A stretch of DNA of 64,000 bases from a virus: positions 64,001 to 128,000 of the IMG/VR virus record IMGVR_UViG_3300020274_000001. One strand, written 5' to 3'. The notes below the pieces were generated by a model that saw only the letters and a program-made list of their open reading frames with translations, was not told the DNA's origin and did not search any database. The position numbers were made by a program, and so were the translations under genes. How positions within the stretch are numbered: the first letter of the stretch is position 1; every line of letters starts with the position of its first letter. Below are positions 18,753-27,434 of this stretch, one piece after another.

Positions 18753-19090
18753 TTGAAGACTATGAAAATGTAACAGATGAAGAGTTGAAACTTCTTCTCG
18801 ATAGAATTTCCGAATTCGCATTTGACTTTATGTCTAACAAAATAGAGCAATTTGGTGGTCTTACACAGGAGTATTCTCATGAGGATGGCTCTAAGACCGT
18901 TGTTGTTGTTCCAAAAGGGAATGAGGATGTATGCGTAGAGTGGACGGAATGTCCACATGGCAGGGTTGAAGTATTTCACATAACCCCTGTCGGTCTCGAA
19001 ATACCAAGACTCATAATCCCCGCTCCGACAATGATACAGGAACACATCAGTATACCTATTGATGCGTTCACTATGAAATTGGAAGAGTAG
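18749..19090 (+). CDS. hypothetical protein
   Basis: TTGA start/stop overlap, GGAGG RBS. Confidence 0.65.
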   Translation: MIEDYENVTDEELKLLLDRISEFAFDFMSNKIEQFGGLTQEYSHEDGSKTVVVVPKGNEDVCVEWTECPHGRVEVFHITPVGLEIPRLIIPAPTMIQEHISIPIDAFTMKLEE

Positions 19091-19108
19091 CGGCCCTGTG
19101 GGCCATAG

Positions 19109-19570
19109 ATGGCAGACGACATCAAAAGCACCGACAGCGACTTGTCCGGCATTAAGTTCGGACTTGACACATCGGGAAACACTCCTACGATTGTGGTAGA
19201 GGGTGTTCGAAATATCGGTTTGAAACAACCGGTGACCCAAGAAAGGTTCAATGAACTCATCGAAACAATGGGAGACAAAATGACAAGCATACTATCTATT
19301 GTTGAAGATGCTTGTAGAAGTCTACGTGACTTAATGAATGAAATGTCTGATGATGAGAAACTCATTGCAACTTACTTGATTGAACATACTACGTGGCAAT
19401 ATGCTGTCGCTTCAGACACGCCACTGTTTATGTTTAATCCTCGACATCTACCAGATGAAGTAGTAGTTGATAACAAATCAAATACAGTAGAAGGGGCCTT
19501 TACTAAGAAAAAAGGCGGCTTCGTTTCTGTCCGAAAGGGCGGAAAGAAATATTGGGAAAAGAAAAAATGA
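19109..19570 (+). CDS. hypothetical protein
   Basis: GGCCC/GGGCC+ATAG+ATG. Confidence 0.75.
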   Translation: MADDIKSTDSDLSGIKFGLDTSGNTPTIVVEGVRNIGLKQPVTQERFNELIETMGDKMTSILSIVEDACRSLRDLMNEMSDDEKLIATYLIEHTTWQYAVASDTPLFMFNPRHLPDEVVVDNKSNTVEGAFTKKKGGFVSVRKGGKKYWEKKK

Positions 19571-19588
19571 AACGGCCTTATGGCCATA

Positions 19589-19636
19589 GAACCGAACCAG
19601 AGAAAATGAATCACAATCAAAGTGAACGGTTCACAG
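19589..19636 (+). ncRNA. dual-spacer unit (1)
   Basis: gagaaaat/atcaaagt; stem GAACCG/CGGTTC. Confidence 0.75.
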
Positions 19637-19813
19637 ATGGTCACAGACCCCAAAAAAGGACAATGCCCGACATGCGGGCGTTTAACGCTGATATATATTG
19701 ACAGCGAAGTGCACACAGAATGGTGCGAAAAATGCGGGTGGGAACACACCGTCAGTTGGAATGAATTAAGCCCCGACTGGTGGCACAAACAATCAAACAA
19801 ACCGAGCGAGTAA
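19637..19813 (+). CDS. small zinc-ribbon protein
   Basis: CPTC..CEKC. Confidence 0.7.
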   Translation: MVTDPKKGQCPTCGRLTLIYIDSEVHTEWCEKCGWEHTVSWNELSPDWWHKQSNKPSE

Positions 19814-19821
19814 GGCTCATA

Positions 19822-19869
19822 GAACCGAATCATAACTCGGGAATTACAAATCACCTGTATGGTTCACAG
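19822..19869 (+). ncRNA. dual-spacer unit (1)
   Basis: taactcgg/aatcacct. Confidence 0.75.
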
Positions 19870-20196
19870 ATGGATGACAATGAAGACATCATCAGAATTG
19901 CCTCAATGTGGTATCCCTTTGTGGGGGACATAAAGGCAAGACTCGCTATTGGCTTGGAAACATACGGCCATGGCGTGCGTGTCGAAGATGACACAACTCA
20001 ATGGGGCACAGAGGTAAACTCTTGGCTCGAAATGGGATTAGAGGAAATCGATGACTTGGCAATCTATGTCATGGCACAACTCCTCCGAGAAAAAAAGAAA
20101 AACTACGACAACTTGAATGAATTCGCTGGTATACTCAAAGAATTGAGAGACACCAGAAGAAGAATCATGGAAGTCATGTTAAGAGAAGACGCTTGA
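19870..20196 (+). CDS. possible all-alpha NTP pyrophosphatase (MazG-like) protein
   Basis: R..IGLETYG..WLEMGLEEIDDLAIY (EExxD). Confidence 0.45.
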   Translation: MDDNEDIIRIASMWYPFVGDIKARLAIGLETYGHGVRVEDDTTQWGTEVNSWLEMGLEEIDDLAIYVMAQLLREKKKNYDNLNEFAGILKELRDTRRRIMEVMLREDA

Positions 20197-20204
20197 GCGT
20201 CATA

Positions 20205-20254
20205 GAATCAAATCAAAAAGTCGGTATTTTAGACACCACGAGTATGATTCACAG
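20205..20254 (+). ncRNA. dual-spacer unit (1)
   Basis: aaaagtcg/gacaccacga; stem variant GAATCA/TGATTC. Confidence 0.7.
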
Positions 20255-20288
20255 TAATCTATAAATTATACATAGTATACGCTATACT

Positions 20289-20498
20289 ATGTCGAGGGTC
20301 GCTAATTGTGCCGTGAGAATCATGGAGCAACACAGTGGCCCGCTTTCTATTTACGAAATACACGCAAGAATGAAAGAGCAAATGAGGAATGTCCCAAAAG
20401 TAGGAGTCCTTGCTCGCAAACTTGGCGGTTGTGACGATATCAGAAGAGTAGGTTACGGTCAGCCATCTATGTGGGTATTGAAGCCGTCACGCTCATAA
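20289..20498 (+). CDS. small winged-helix protein
   Basis: GPLSIYEIHARM..VPKVGVLARKL; similar to the 27155 ORF. Confidence 0.55.
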   Translation: MSRVANCAVRIMEQHSGPLSIYEIHARMKEQMRNVPKVGVLARKLGGCDDIRRVGYGQPSMWVLKPSRS

Positions 20499-20524
20499 AG
20501 CAGTGACCTTCGGATGCCAATTAG

Positions 20525-20776
20525 ATGGCCCAGATGAATGCCAAGATTAAGGCAATTCCAGAAAGTTCTACGAGAACAGAAAAGGAAATTAAGGACATGC
20601 TTAGACAGGCTGTTCTCACTCGTAACAATTGGCTTGAAGCGTTTGAAAGTTGCAAACAGTTTCAAGACCGACACGGCATGATGGATGCCGCGAGGAACGC
20701 TAAAGCACTTGAAGGCGTTATCAAAACTTTACGTTGGACCCTTGGAGAAAGGGGTATCAACAATCCGCTCTCATGA
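20525..20776 (+). CDS. hypothetical protein
   Basis: 83 aa, ALEGVIKTLRWTLG. Confidence 0.7.
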   Translation: MAQMNAKIKAIPESSTRTEKEIKDMLRQAVLTRNNWLEAFESCKQFQDRHGMMDAARNAKALEGVIKTLRWTLGERGINNPLS

Positions 20777-20785
20777 AAGAGCATA

Positions 20786-20833
20786 GAACCAAACTAATTC
20801 ACTCGTATTACAAAAGATGCGAATGGTTCACAG
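20786..20833 (+). ncRNA. dual-spacer unit (1)
   Basis: attcactc/aaagatgc. Confidence 0.75.
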
Positions 20834-21121
20834 ATGAACATTGAGAACATCAATGAACTGCAAGAGCAATACGGCCTTGCAGAATGGCAACGGATGATTA
20901 ATGACGGAAGTTGCTGGACCCTTGAGGGTTGGTATGGTAGAAGAGCAGTGGCATTACTCGAGATGGGTGCCTGCTATTTGCCAGAAGAACCACATCACGA
21001 TTACTACGGTAACCAAGTGCCAGCGAGGCACATGCTACAAGCGGGAACAAAAGGAACGCTTGAATTGAGTCAGACCTTCTGGTCTGACGAAAGCAATTAC
21101 GGATTGTTTGAGGAAGAATAA
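20834..21121 (+). CDS. conserved phage-type hypothetical protein
   Basis: WQRMINDG..WTLEGWYGR motif. Confidence 0.7.
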   Translation: MNIENINELQEQYGLAEWQRMINDGSCWTLEGWYGRRAVALLEMGACYLPEEPHHDYYGNQVPARHMLQAGTKGTLELSQTFWSDESNYGLFEEE

Positions 21122-21138
21122 GGTCATATTGACCATAG

Positions 21139-21279
21139 ATGCCTAATTCACAAAAAGGTAGAGAGGCCATACTGGGCCTTAATAATTTGAGAGAGAACAA
21201 TAGACTACTCCGAATTCAAAATAGAATGATACAGACTCTTATTGACGAGATTAGAGATATCAGAAGAAGAGGCTTGTGA
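21139..21279 (+). CDS. 46-aa hypothetical protein (not in ORF track)
   Basis: GGTCA/TGACC+ATAG+ATG; stop falls in the loop of the next hairpin. Confidence 0.6.
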   Translation: MPNSQKGREAILGLNNLRENNRLLRIQNRMIQTLIDEIRDIRRRGL

Positions 21280-21288
21280 TGCCTCATA

Positions 21289-21334
21289 GAGCAAAACACA
21301 GGGCATGAATTGCAGGGGAACGGTATGCTCACAG
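21289..21334 (+). ncRNA. dual-spacer unit (1)
   Basis: cagggcat/ggggaacg. Confidence 0.75.
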
Positions 21335-21703
21335 ATGGAAGTATCATTTGATACAGATTACGGCCTACAATGGTTTAGAGCCGAAGCGTCTGCTCTCTCT
21401 TACGAGAAGCGACGACATCTATACGACAAAATCTCTCGATGGGAGTATATGGCCAAGAACGGTCCTCAAGGTTGGGCTCACGCCCAAGGCGAGGCCGCAA
21501 GAGAGTTGAGCCGTCGTCCTTTAACGGGACACATGAGAGAATTGTTAATTGAAATCAAAGGAATAGCATGGGTCGAAGAAACCGACTATGCGCACCTAAG
21601 AAAAAAACAAAAGGAAGAAAGAGAAAGGTTAGAACGCAAACAGAAACAGGAAGCCTACTTCGCTAAACTTGATTCTGCGCTTGACGACCTTTTGAAAGAG
21701 TAA
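21335..21703 (+). CDS. hypothetical protein
   Basis: Start corrected. Confidence 0.7.
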   Translation: MEVSFDTDYGLQWFRAEASALSYEKRRHLYDKISRWEYMAKNGPQGWAHAQGEAARELSRRPLTGHMRELLIEIKGIAWVEETDYAHLRKKQKEERERLERKQKQEAYFAKLDSALDDLLKE

Positions 21704-21721
21704 GGAGGAATACCTCCATAG

Positions 21722-22303
21722 ATGGTGAAAAACACCTTCAAAATTGTGGCTGTCGTCAAAGAGGAAAACAAGCAATTGATTTGGGACCTCTTACAAATTG
21801 CACTAAAGCATGACGACATCTATTTTGCATTTGAGGAAGGCAAGCCCTCCGAAATAATGCATAAACCAGCCGACATCAAAAAACTGTCGAAAAAGAAGAA
21901 GAAACCGGAGAAACCTACTCTATCAAGAAAGGAAGTATCCAAGTTGACCAAAGAAAGCATGAAGAAACTCAAAGCAGAGAAACGTGTTTTCACTGGAGCA
22001 GTATTCGGTTGGGATAATCAAAAAGATGGCACAATGAAGCCAAACTGGAAAGAACAAGAAACCATAGACATGATGCGATACTTTTACTACGAAAAGAAGC
22101 AATCATTCTCTTTTATTGCGAAGTGGCTCAATGCCAACGACGTAAAGGGAAAGCGTGGTGGAAAGTGGCAAAGTTCGGGAGTATCAAGAGTCGTTCACAA
22201 CGACTTCCATGCTTCTCGAAATGACTTCAAGAAACCTAAGTGGTTTTTGAAGAAGACCTATCCAGAAATGACATGGGGTAAGAACCCAAAAATCGTCTCG
22301 TAA
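21722..22303 (+). CDS. protein with the DNA-binding 'Recombinase' domain of large serine recombinases, no catalytic domain
   Basis: FGW..PNWKEQETI..SFSFIAKWLNANDVKGKRGGKWQSSGVSRVV. Confidence 0.65.
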   Translation: MVKNTFKIVAVVKEENKQLIWDLLQIALKHDDIYFAFEEGKPSEIMHKPADIKKLSKKKKKPEKPTLSRKEVSKLTKESMKKLKAEKRVFTGAVFGWDNQKDGTMKPNWKEQETIDMMRYFYYEKKQSFSFIAKWLNANDVKGKRGGKWQSSGVSRVVHNDFHASRNDFKKPKWFLKKTYPEMTWGKNPKIVS

Positions 22304-22311
22304 GGGACATA

Positions 22312-22406
22312 GAGCAAAACAAGTCGTGGGTATTGCACATATTCCATGTATGCTCATAGAACTGAATCAATAAGGTTGTATTGCAATTGGCCAAAAAGGT
22401 TCACAG
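22312..22406 (+). ncRNA. dual-spacer units (2)
   Basis: agtcgtgg/catattccat; ataaggtt/attggcca. Confidence 0.75.
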
Positions 22407-22634
22407 ATGGATGTTAAAGAACTACATCAATATGTCTCGCAACTGCGAGAATACATTGTGACGCTTGAGCGTCGCATTGCTACACTTGAAAAACAAGTGA
22501 ATCCGCCACAGACCAAGGACCTTGGTAACGGGCGGAGAACGTTCACACGTTCAGGTATCAACAACCTGCTCGACGGAATGATTGGGAGGCACCGAAAGGA
22601 CCCCGTCACCGGAGAGTGGCACAAAGTGAATTAG
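22407..22634 (+). CDS. hypothetical protein
   Basis: ATG after ACAG. Confidence 0.7.
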   Translation: MDVKELHQYVSQLREYIVTLERRIATLEKQVNPPQTKDLGNGRRTFTRSGINNLLDGMIGRHRKDPVTGEWHKVN

Positions 22635-22648
22635 GCCAATAGGCCATA

Positions 22649-22696
22649 GAACCTAAACACAAGAAGGGAATTACATGAGCCCCGAATGGTTCACAG
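22649..22696 (+). ncRNA. dual-spacer unit (1)
   Basis: caagaagg/tgagcccc. Confidence 0.75.
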
Positions 22697-23212
22697 ATGT
22701 CTGTAAAAGAATACGTGCAGATACGTGCTGACCAATACAAACAGCATGACAACGTCTGGGGGGATTTACCCCGAGATGCGCCAATTAGATTGGCTGATAT
22801 CTTTGAATGGATATTACAGAATGGACAAACCTTTAGCGGGACCAATATGGATGCCGCTGATGAAATTGTCGAGCATTCTTTTCGTGCACCAGAAATAAAG
22901 GCGTGCTACCATAATGCGTTTTTAGTCCCCCCAGAAGTAAGATACTTCGAGGGATGGTGGGCAGGAATTATTCCTGTCGAACATGCGTGGAATGTCGTAG
23001 ACGACAAAGTCGCTGATGTAACGCTCACTATTGAGCAACATCGTGAACGAGCGTTGAGAGACAGACAAGAATACTTTGGAATTGAAATTCCAAGGGATTG
23101 GATGTGGAAGCAAGTAAGTAAAGGAACACACTTTAGGCCAGAAGGCTCGAGTGGTCCTTTCATCTACGACTACGTTATGGAGCAAATCGCAAAAGAACGA
23201 GAAGAGGAATAA
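22697..23212 (+). CDS. possible papain/transglutaminase-like fold protein
   Basis: CYHNA..YFEGW..HAWNV..D pattern. Confidence 0.45.
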   Translation: MSVKEYVQIRADQYKQHDNVWGDLPRDAPIRLADIFEWILQNGQTFSGTNMDAADEIVEHSFRAPEIKACYHNAFLVPPEVRYFEGWWAGIIPVEHAWNVVDDKVADVTLTIEQHRERALRDRQEYFGIEIPRDWMWKQVSKGTHFRPEGSSGPFIYDYVMEQIAKEREEE

Positions 23213-23221
23213 TTCCTCATA

Positions 23222-23314
23222 GAGCAAAACATGATACCAGCATTACAGCCAATCCGAATGCTCATAGAACCGAATCAAGTTTCACGTATGGCAAGTTCGT
23301 CGTATGGTTCACAG
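23222..23314 (+). ncRNA. dual-spacer units (2)
   Basis: tgatacca/gccaatcc; agtttcac/agttcgtc. Confidence 0.75.
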
Positions 23315-23731
23315 ATGGCATTAACATGTCCAGATTGCGGTCAAGAGACCGCTTATGTGCGTGTCGGCATTTACGTCGACCCACATGACACAAGTGTCGA
23401 GGCCCTGTCTGAACAGGTCAGCGACATCATAGGCACAGGACCGGAAGACTTCGACGACGAACTTCCTACGGTCTGTGCAGAGTGCGAATGCCAAGTCCCA
23501 TACAGACTTGCATTTGCCGCCACTGTAAGAAAGCAGGCTCACAAGAATGACGAAGAAGCGGCAATGGCTTACCGTCATGCGCTTGCTGGAGTTGTCCATT
23601 TCTTTGGACGCCTACCAATCGCCGAAAATGAGGCTTGGACAGAGGACCAGCATGAAGCCTATGAAGCAACACACCGTTTGTTCGCTGTTCTTGATGAACC
23701 CGAACAAGACGAAACCTCGGAAGAGGAATGA
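23315..23731 (+). CDS. zinc-ribbon protein
   Basis: CPDC..CAEC; start corrected. Confidence 0.7.
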   Translation: MALTCPDCGQETAYVRVGIYVDPHDTSVEALSEQVSDIIGTGPEDFDDELPTVCAECECQVPYRLAFAATVRKQAHKNDEEAAMAYRHALAGVVHFFGRLPIAENEAWTEDQHEAYEATHRLFAVLDEPEQDETSEEE

Positions 23732-23748
23732 CGGCCTTACGGCCATAG

Positions 23749-23910
23749 ATGGCATGGAAAGATGACATTTGGAGATTGGCTAATCAGTTAAATCTCGAGT
23801 ATAAGCGTGATATGTGGTCTCCCGTTCACGCTTTTAATGCAATCGTAGCAGAACTTGAACGTCTTCGTGATGAAGACCTTTCAGACTGTTACATTACACC
23901 CGATAGTTAA
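23749..23910 (+). CDS. 53-aa hypothetical protein (not in ORF track)
   Basis: GGCCttacGGCC+ATAG+ATG; MAWKDDIWRLANQ.. Confidence 0.6.
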   Translation: MAWKDDIWRLANQLNLEYKRDMWSPVHAFNAIVAELERLRDEDLSDCYITPDS

Positions 23911-23932
23911 TCGGTCGGCCCTGCGGCCATAG

Positions 23933-24574
23933 ATGAAGACAAACATCAACATCCAACTCGAAGGCGAAGAAGCCCTCGAGGTTATACGGGCTTTGCTTGG
24001 AAACCCAAGTAAGTCTGTCAAGGTAGAAGTTCTACCAGACGATACACAAACGACAGAAAGTCGTAAAATGACAGAAGAACCAGACAACACTCGACATTGC
24101 ACAAGATGTGGAGTGAAATTAGAATCTTCTGTAAATATCAAAACAGGTAGATTTATTCGAAGAGAATTTGTCTGCAATGGTTGTTATTCTGGAAGCAGAA
24201 AGGGCAAGAAGGTGAACCGAACAGGTTCCAATCACTGTCGTAAATGCGGAGTAGAATTGACAACAGATAATTGGCAGAGTAAACGAAGTTATATCTGCAC
24301 ATCTTGTAAAGTCAAAAAATCGGATGACCACGTTACTATCACGGCTGAACAGCGAACCCAGTGGGCTCGTGAACGTCGTGAAATCATAGGCGGCAAAATC
24401 ACACAAGTAGGAACCTTCCAAGGTGCGCTCATCGTAGAGCATATCCGAGGAACACACTACAAGATACAACTCCCAAGCGGAGCAGTGATTGACGCCAAGC
24501 ACAAGAAGCAGAAGACCCTTGGTGGGGACGAACTCGGTGCTGGTTGGAGTAAGTGGGAGAAACGGTCTGGATAG
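23933..24574 (+). CDS. double zinc-finger protein
   Basis: CTRC..CNGC and CRKC..CTSC. Confidence 0.75.
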   Translation: MKTNINIQLEGEEALEVIRALLGNPSKSVKVEVLPDDTQTTESRKMTEEPDNTRHCTRCGVKLESSVNIKTGRFIRREFVCNGCYSGSRKGKKVNRTGSNHCRKCGVELTTDNWQSKRSYICTSCKVKKSDDHVTITAEQRTQWARERREIIGGKITQVGTFQGALIVEHIRGTHYKIQLPSGAVIDAKHKKQKTLGGDELGAGWSKWEKRSG

Positions 24575-24580
24575 ACCATA

Positions 24581-24672
24581 GAGCAAACAAGCCATCCGAA
24601 ATATACAAAATGTGAAGGCTCATAGAACCCAATCAAGTGATTTGAAATACAGGAAATTTGAATGGTTCACAG
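24581..24672 (+). ncRNA. dual-spacer units (2)
   Basis: agccatcc/caaaatgt; agtgattt/ggaaattt. Confidence 0.75.
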
Positions 24673-24673
24673 A

Positions 24674-25333
24674 ATGCCTAATTGGGCTTACAACAATATG
24701 ACCGTTGAGTCAGACGGAAGCGAAACAGGTGATGAACAATTGCGCTGTTTCGTTAATGTCGCTATCACTGAAGATAGCGAATTGACTTTTAGCGGTCACT
24801 TACCTATGCCGAAAGAACTCGACATAGGCAATGCTCCCTTTGCTGGAATAAAGGATGATGAATCTCTGCTCGAGGCGTTAGCCAAGATAGAGAATCCAGA
24901 AACGCCGGAGTTTACAAAGGGGAACTTACTAAAACAAATCAAGATGTATCAGAACAAGAAAGAATTCGGATACTCTTCTTGGTATGACTGGAACTGTGCC
25001 AAGTGGGGGACAAAGTGGGATGCTTCGCAATCCAATGTCTCCTCTTTCGGAAATAGTGTTCAAATCAGTTTCAATACTGCTTGGGACCTACCGAGAGGTT
25101 GGCTTTTTCATATAATGAACTTAGCAGAATGCTCACACCTGCGAATACGCCTTGTGTGTGAAGCAGAAGGTGAAGCAGTTATACTGGACTCCAATGGAAA
25201 GGAAGTCCCGTATGAAGAAAATGTAGACGGACAATGGTTTCACCATGCCGAATATGTTGAGAAAGAGCCTAATGGTAAAATCAGTCATTACAATAAAACC
25301 GCCGAACAACGGTGGAAAGACGGAGAATTTTAA
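24674..25333 (+). CDS. DUF1281/Api92(YubB)-like protein
   Basis: MPNWAYN, WYDWNCAKWGTKWDA, FNTAW. Confidence 0.8.
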   Translation: MPNWAYNNMTVESDGSETGDEQLRCFVNVAITEDSELTFSGHLPMPKELDIGNAPFAGIKDDESLLEALAKIENPETPEFTKGNLLKQIKMYQNKKEFGYSSWYDWNCAKWGTKWDASQSNVSSFGNSVQISFNTAWDLPRGWLFHIMNLAECSHLRIRLVCEAEGEAVILDSNGKEVPYEENVDGQWFHHAEYVEKEPNGKISHYNKTAEQRWKDGEF

Positions 25334-25341
25334 TCTCCATA

Positions 25342-25434
25342 GAGCGAATCATTCAGCCTGTATTGCACAGCCTAAGAACGCTCATAGAACCGAACCATCA
25401 TTGAGGAATTACAAAACACCAGAATGGTTCACAG
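25342..25434 (+). ncRNA. dual-spacer units (2)
   Basis: ttcagcct/cagcctaa; tcattgag/aaacacca. Confidence 0.75.
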
Positions 25435-25815
25435 ATGTCAGAAATTATTCATGACAGCCACGTTGAGTTAGAGAGTCTATCTCGACGATACATTGAGGAG
25501 CAAAGAGCCCTCAAGCAAGCGAAGGATTCAGTAGAATCCATCAAAAAGGATATACAGAAAATCCTTGGGAGTTCACGTTTTGTGGAAACCCAGCACTTCA
25601 CCGTAGAGGTGAAGGAAGTGGAACAGAAGAGAATGATGAGTAAAGACGATTTTATTCGCAAACATTCTCCACCAATGAAGGATTCACAAGGCAACGTCAT
25701 GCTGAATCCAGACAACGAACCAATCCTTGACACTGCTGTTGGAGCGAAATTCTACAACGAACATCTTGTAGAGCGTCCTTCCAACAGATTCTATGTGAAG
25801 AAAAAACCGGTCTGA
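25435..25815 (+). CDS. hypothetical protein (coiled coil + beta; probable paralog of 26785)
   Basis: IKKDIQKILG..VETQHFTV vs IKKDKEYVRETMG..LETPAFTA. Confidence 0.7.
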   Translation: MSEIIHDSHVELESLSRRYIEEQRALKQAKDSVESIKKDIQKILGSSRFVETQHFTVEVKEVEQKRMMSKDDFIRKHSPPMKDSQGNVMLNPDNEPILDTAVGAKFYNEHLVERPSNRFYVKKKPV

Positions 25816-25825
25816 AAGGACCATA

Positions 25826-25919
25826 GAGCAAAAACATCGTCTCTGAAATGCACAAGAAAGGAATGCTCATAGAACCAAATCAAGCATGCTGAATTGCAGG
25901 TGATTCGTAAGGTTCACAG
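25826..25919 (+). ncRNA. dual-spacer units (2)
   Basis: tcgtctct/caagaaag; agcatgct/ggtgattc. Confidence 0.75.
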
Positions 25920-25921
25920 AA

Positions 25922-26569
25922 ATGCGTTATTTCAAAAATTATGACGACGCTTGGAGTTATCTCCAAAGAGGTCGAAACATCGAGAAGGGGAGACCTATCG
26001 GTGCGCACACCAGAATTTACAAACGTAAAGATGGAACAATAGCAATCAGATATCACAGCACTGATATTGTTCGCTATTACAAGCATAAGAACGGAAAGCA
26101 ATGGATGTCATTTGACAACGAGGGATGGACCTCCACGACAACATTGCAAAGACTGCATTACGTCATGCCCAATGGCATAGGCGTCGATACGAGTCTAAAC
26201 CGATTCATAGGACAGTGGTTTACCAGATGTAACGGTGAATTATACAACCTAAACCATCACGTAAAATTCGATGAAAATCTTAACGTAAAAAACAAGAAAC
26301 AGATGTCTCTGAAAACGATGGACAATATCAGTGATGCTGGGACAAGAATAAGAAAATTGTTAGCATCATCATTGAGTTCAATTGAAAGAGATGTTTCAAA
26401 GAAGAGGCAAGAAAATGCCGAACTCTCCTACGAGAGAATTCAACTTCGTGGCGAAATAATGGCTTTCGAAGAAATGAGAGAAACACTTCGTGGAGAAGTA
26501 GGATACTTGTTGAAACTAAAGAAGGGCGACACCGATAATGGTGCAAAAGACGTCCTCAACAGGGTGTAA
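25922..26569 (+). CDS. conserved phage-type hypothetical protein
   Basis: IRYHSTDIV..GWTSTTTLQRL. Confidence 0.7.
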   Translation: MRYFKNYDDAWSYLQRGRNIEKGRPIGAHTRIYKRKDGTIAIRYHSTDIVRYYKHKNGKQWMSFDNEGWTSTTTLQRLHYVMPNGIGVDTSLNRFIGQWFTRCNGELYNLNHHVKFDENLNVKNKKQMSLKTMDNISDAGTRIRKLLASSLSSIERDVSKKRQENAELSYERIQLRGEIMAFEEMRETLRGEVGYLLKLKKGDTDNGAKDVLNRV

Positions 26570-26577
26570 TGCCCATA

Positions 26578-26784
26578 GAGCGAAACATCGAACCCGAATT
26601 ACATTGAACCCGTAATTCGCTCATAGAGCGATAGGTCATAGGACTAAACCATAACAAAAGAAATACAAGAGGTCTGAAAAGTCCATAGAGCAAACAACAA
26701 CGAAGAACTGTATACAATTAGAATGCTCATAGAACCGAACCACACCAAATATGCCGAATTACAGGGTGGCAGAATGGTTCACAG
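26578..26784 (+). ncRNA. dual-spacer array (4 units)
   Basis: tcgaaccc/ttgaaccc; taacaaaa/agaggtct (stem GGACT/AGTCC); acaacgaa/tacaatta; caccaaatatgcc/gggtggca. Confidence 0.8.
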
Positions 26785-27168
26785 ATGTCAGACGACATAC
26801 AATACGTCATGGCCAGAATTAAGGCCATGGAAGATGTGAGAAAGAATCTCGCATCTGCGATAAAGAAAGACAAAGAATATGTCAGAGAAACAATGGGTGA
26901 AAGGGAAGTCTTGGAGACCCCAGCCTTCACTGCAAAGATTGTTACTCGGACTTCAACACGATTGTTGGGGATAGAACATATTCGTAACCTATTAGGGTCG
27001 ACAACCGTGGATAAAATCACGAAGACGTCGGAATCTAAGTCGCTGTCAATCAAAGAAACGTTGGCTAATTTTGAACCGTTCGAAGTCGAAGACCTCGAAT
27101 TAGTTCCAGATTGGGCCAAGTCTGCCGCTATTACGCTACAAGTGAGGGAATTACTTGGCGAGAATTAG
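26785..27168 (+). CDS. hypothetical protein
   Basis: ATG after ACAG. Confidence 0.7.
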   Translation: MSDDIQYVMARIKAMEDVRKNLASAIKKDKEYVRETMGEREVLETPAFTAKIVTRTSTRLLGIEHIRNLLGSTTVDKITKTSESKSLSIKETLANFEPFEVEDLELVPDWAKSAAITLQVRELLGEN

Positions 27169-27427
27169 GCGAGCATCGGACAGATATCATACTCAAATCG
27201 AAACGATATTGAGAGAAAAAGGTCCGCTTGTTGCTTATGACATCCGTCAAGCAATGGTTGGGCGTTGGAAAAACGTCCCTACTCCGAATCAACTCGGAAA
27301 CCTATTAGCGAAAAACAAGAACATTAAATCATTAGGACCGGGACACAAAAAATCGTTCTCGGCTCTACTCGATGGTTCTGGCACAGGAGGTGTAAACCTC
27401 TGGGCTTTGGTTGAACAAGGGGATTGA
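27155..27427 (+). CDS. winged-helix protein (DUF3860-like)
   Basis: ILREKGPL..VPTPNQLGNLLAK..W. Confidence 0.55.
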   Translation: MARIRRASDRYHTQIETILREKGPLVAYDIRQAMVGRWKNVPTPNQLGNLLAKNKNIKSLGPGHKKSFSALLDGSGTGGVNLWALVEQGD

Positions 27428-27434
27428 CCCCATA

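Noticed and set aside
2290-24673. Conserved N-terminal peptide MLIEPN...GSQ or MVHR on many ORFs
   Set aside because: It is a translation of the nucleotide unit in varying frames; the true starts are the ATGs after ACAG.
15257-25387. Individual spacer matches to rRNA or SD-like sequences (e.g. ttcagcct, tatccccc, tgagcccc, aatcacct)
   Set aside because: With 84 8-mers, several chance matches to kilobases of rRNA are expected; not supportable without a statistical test.
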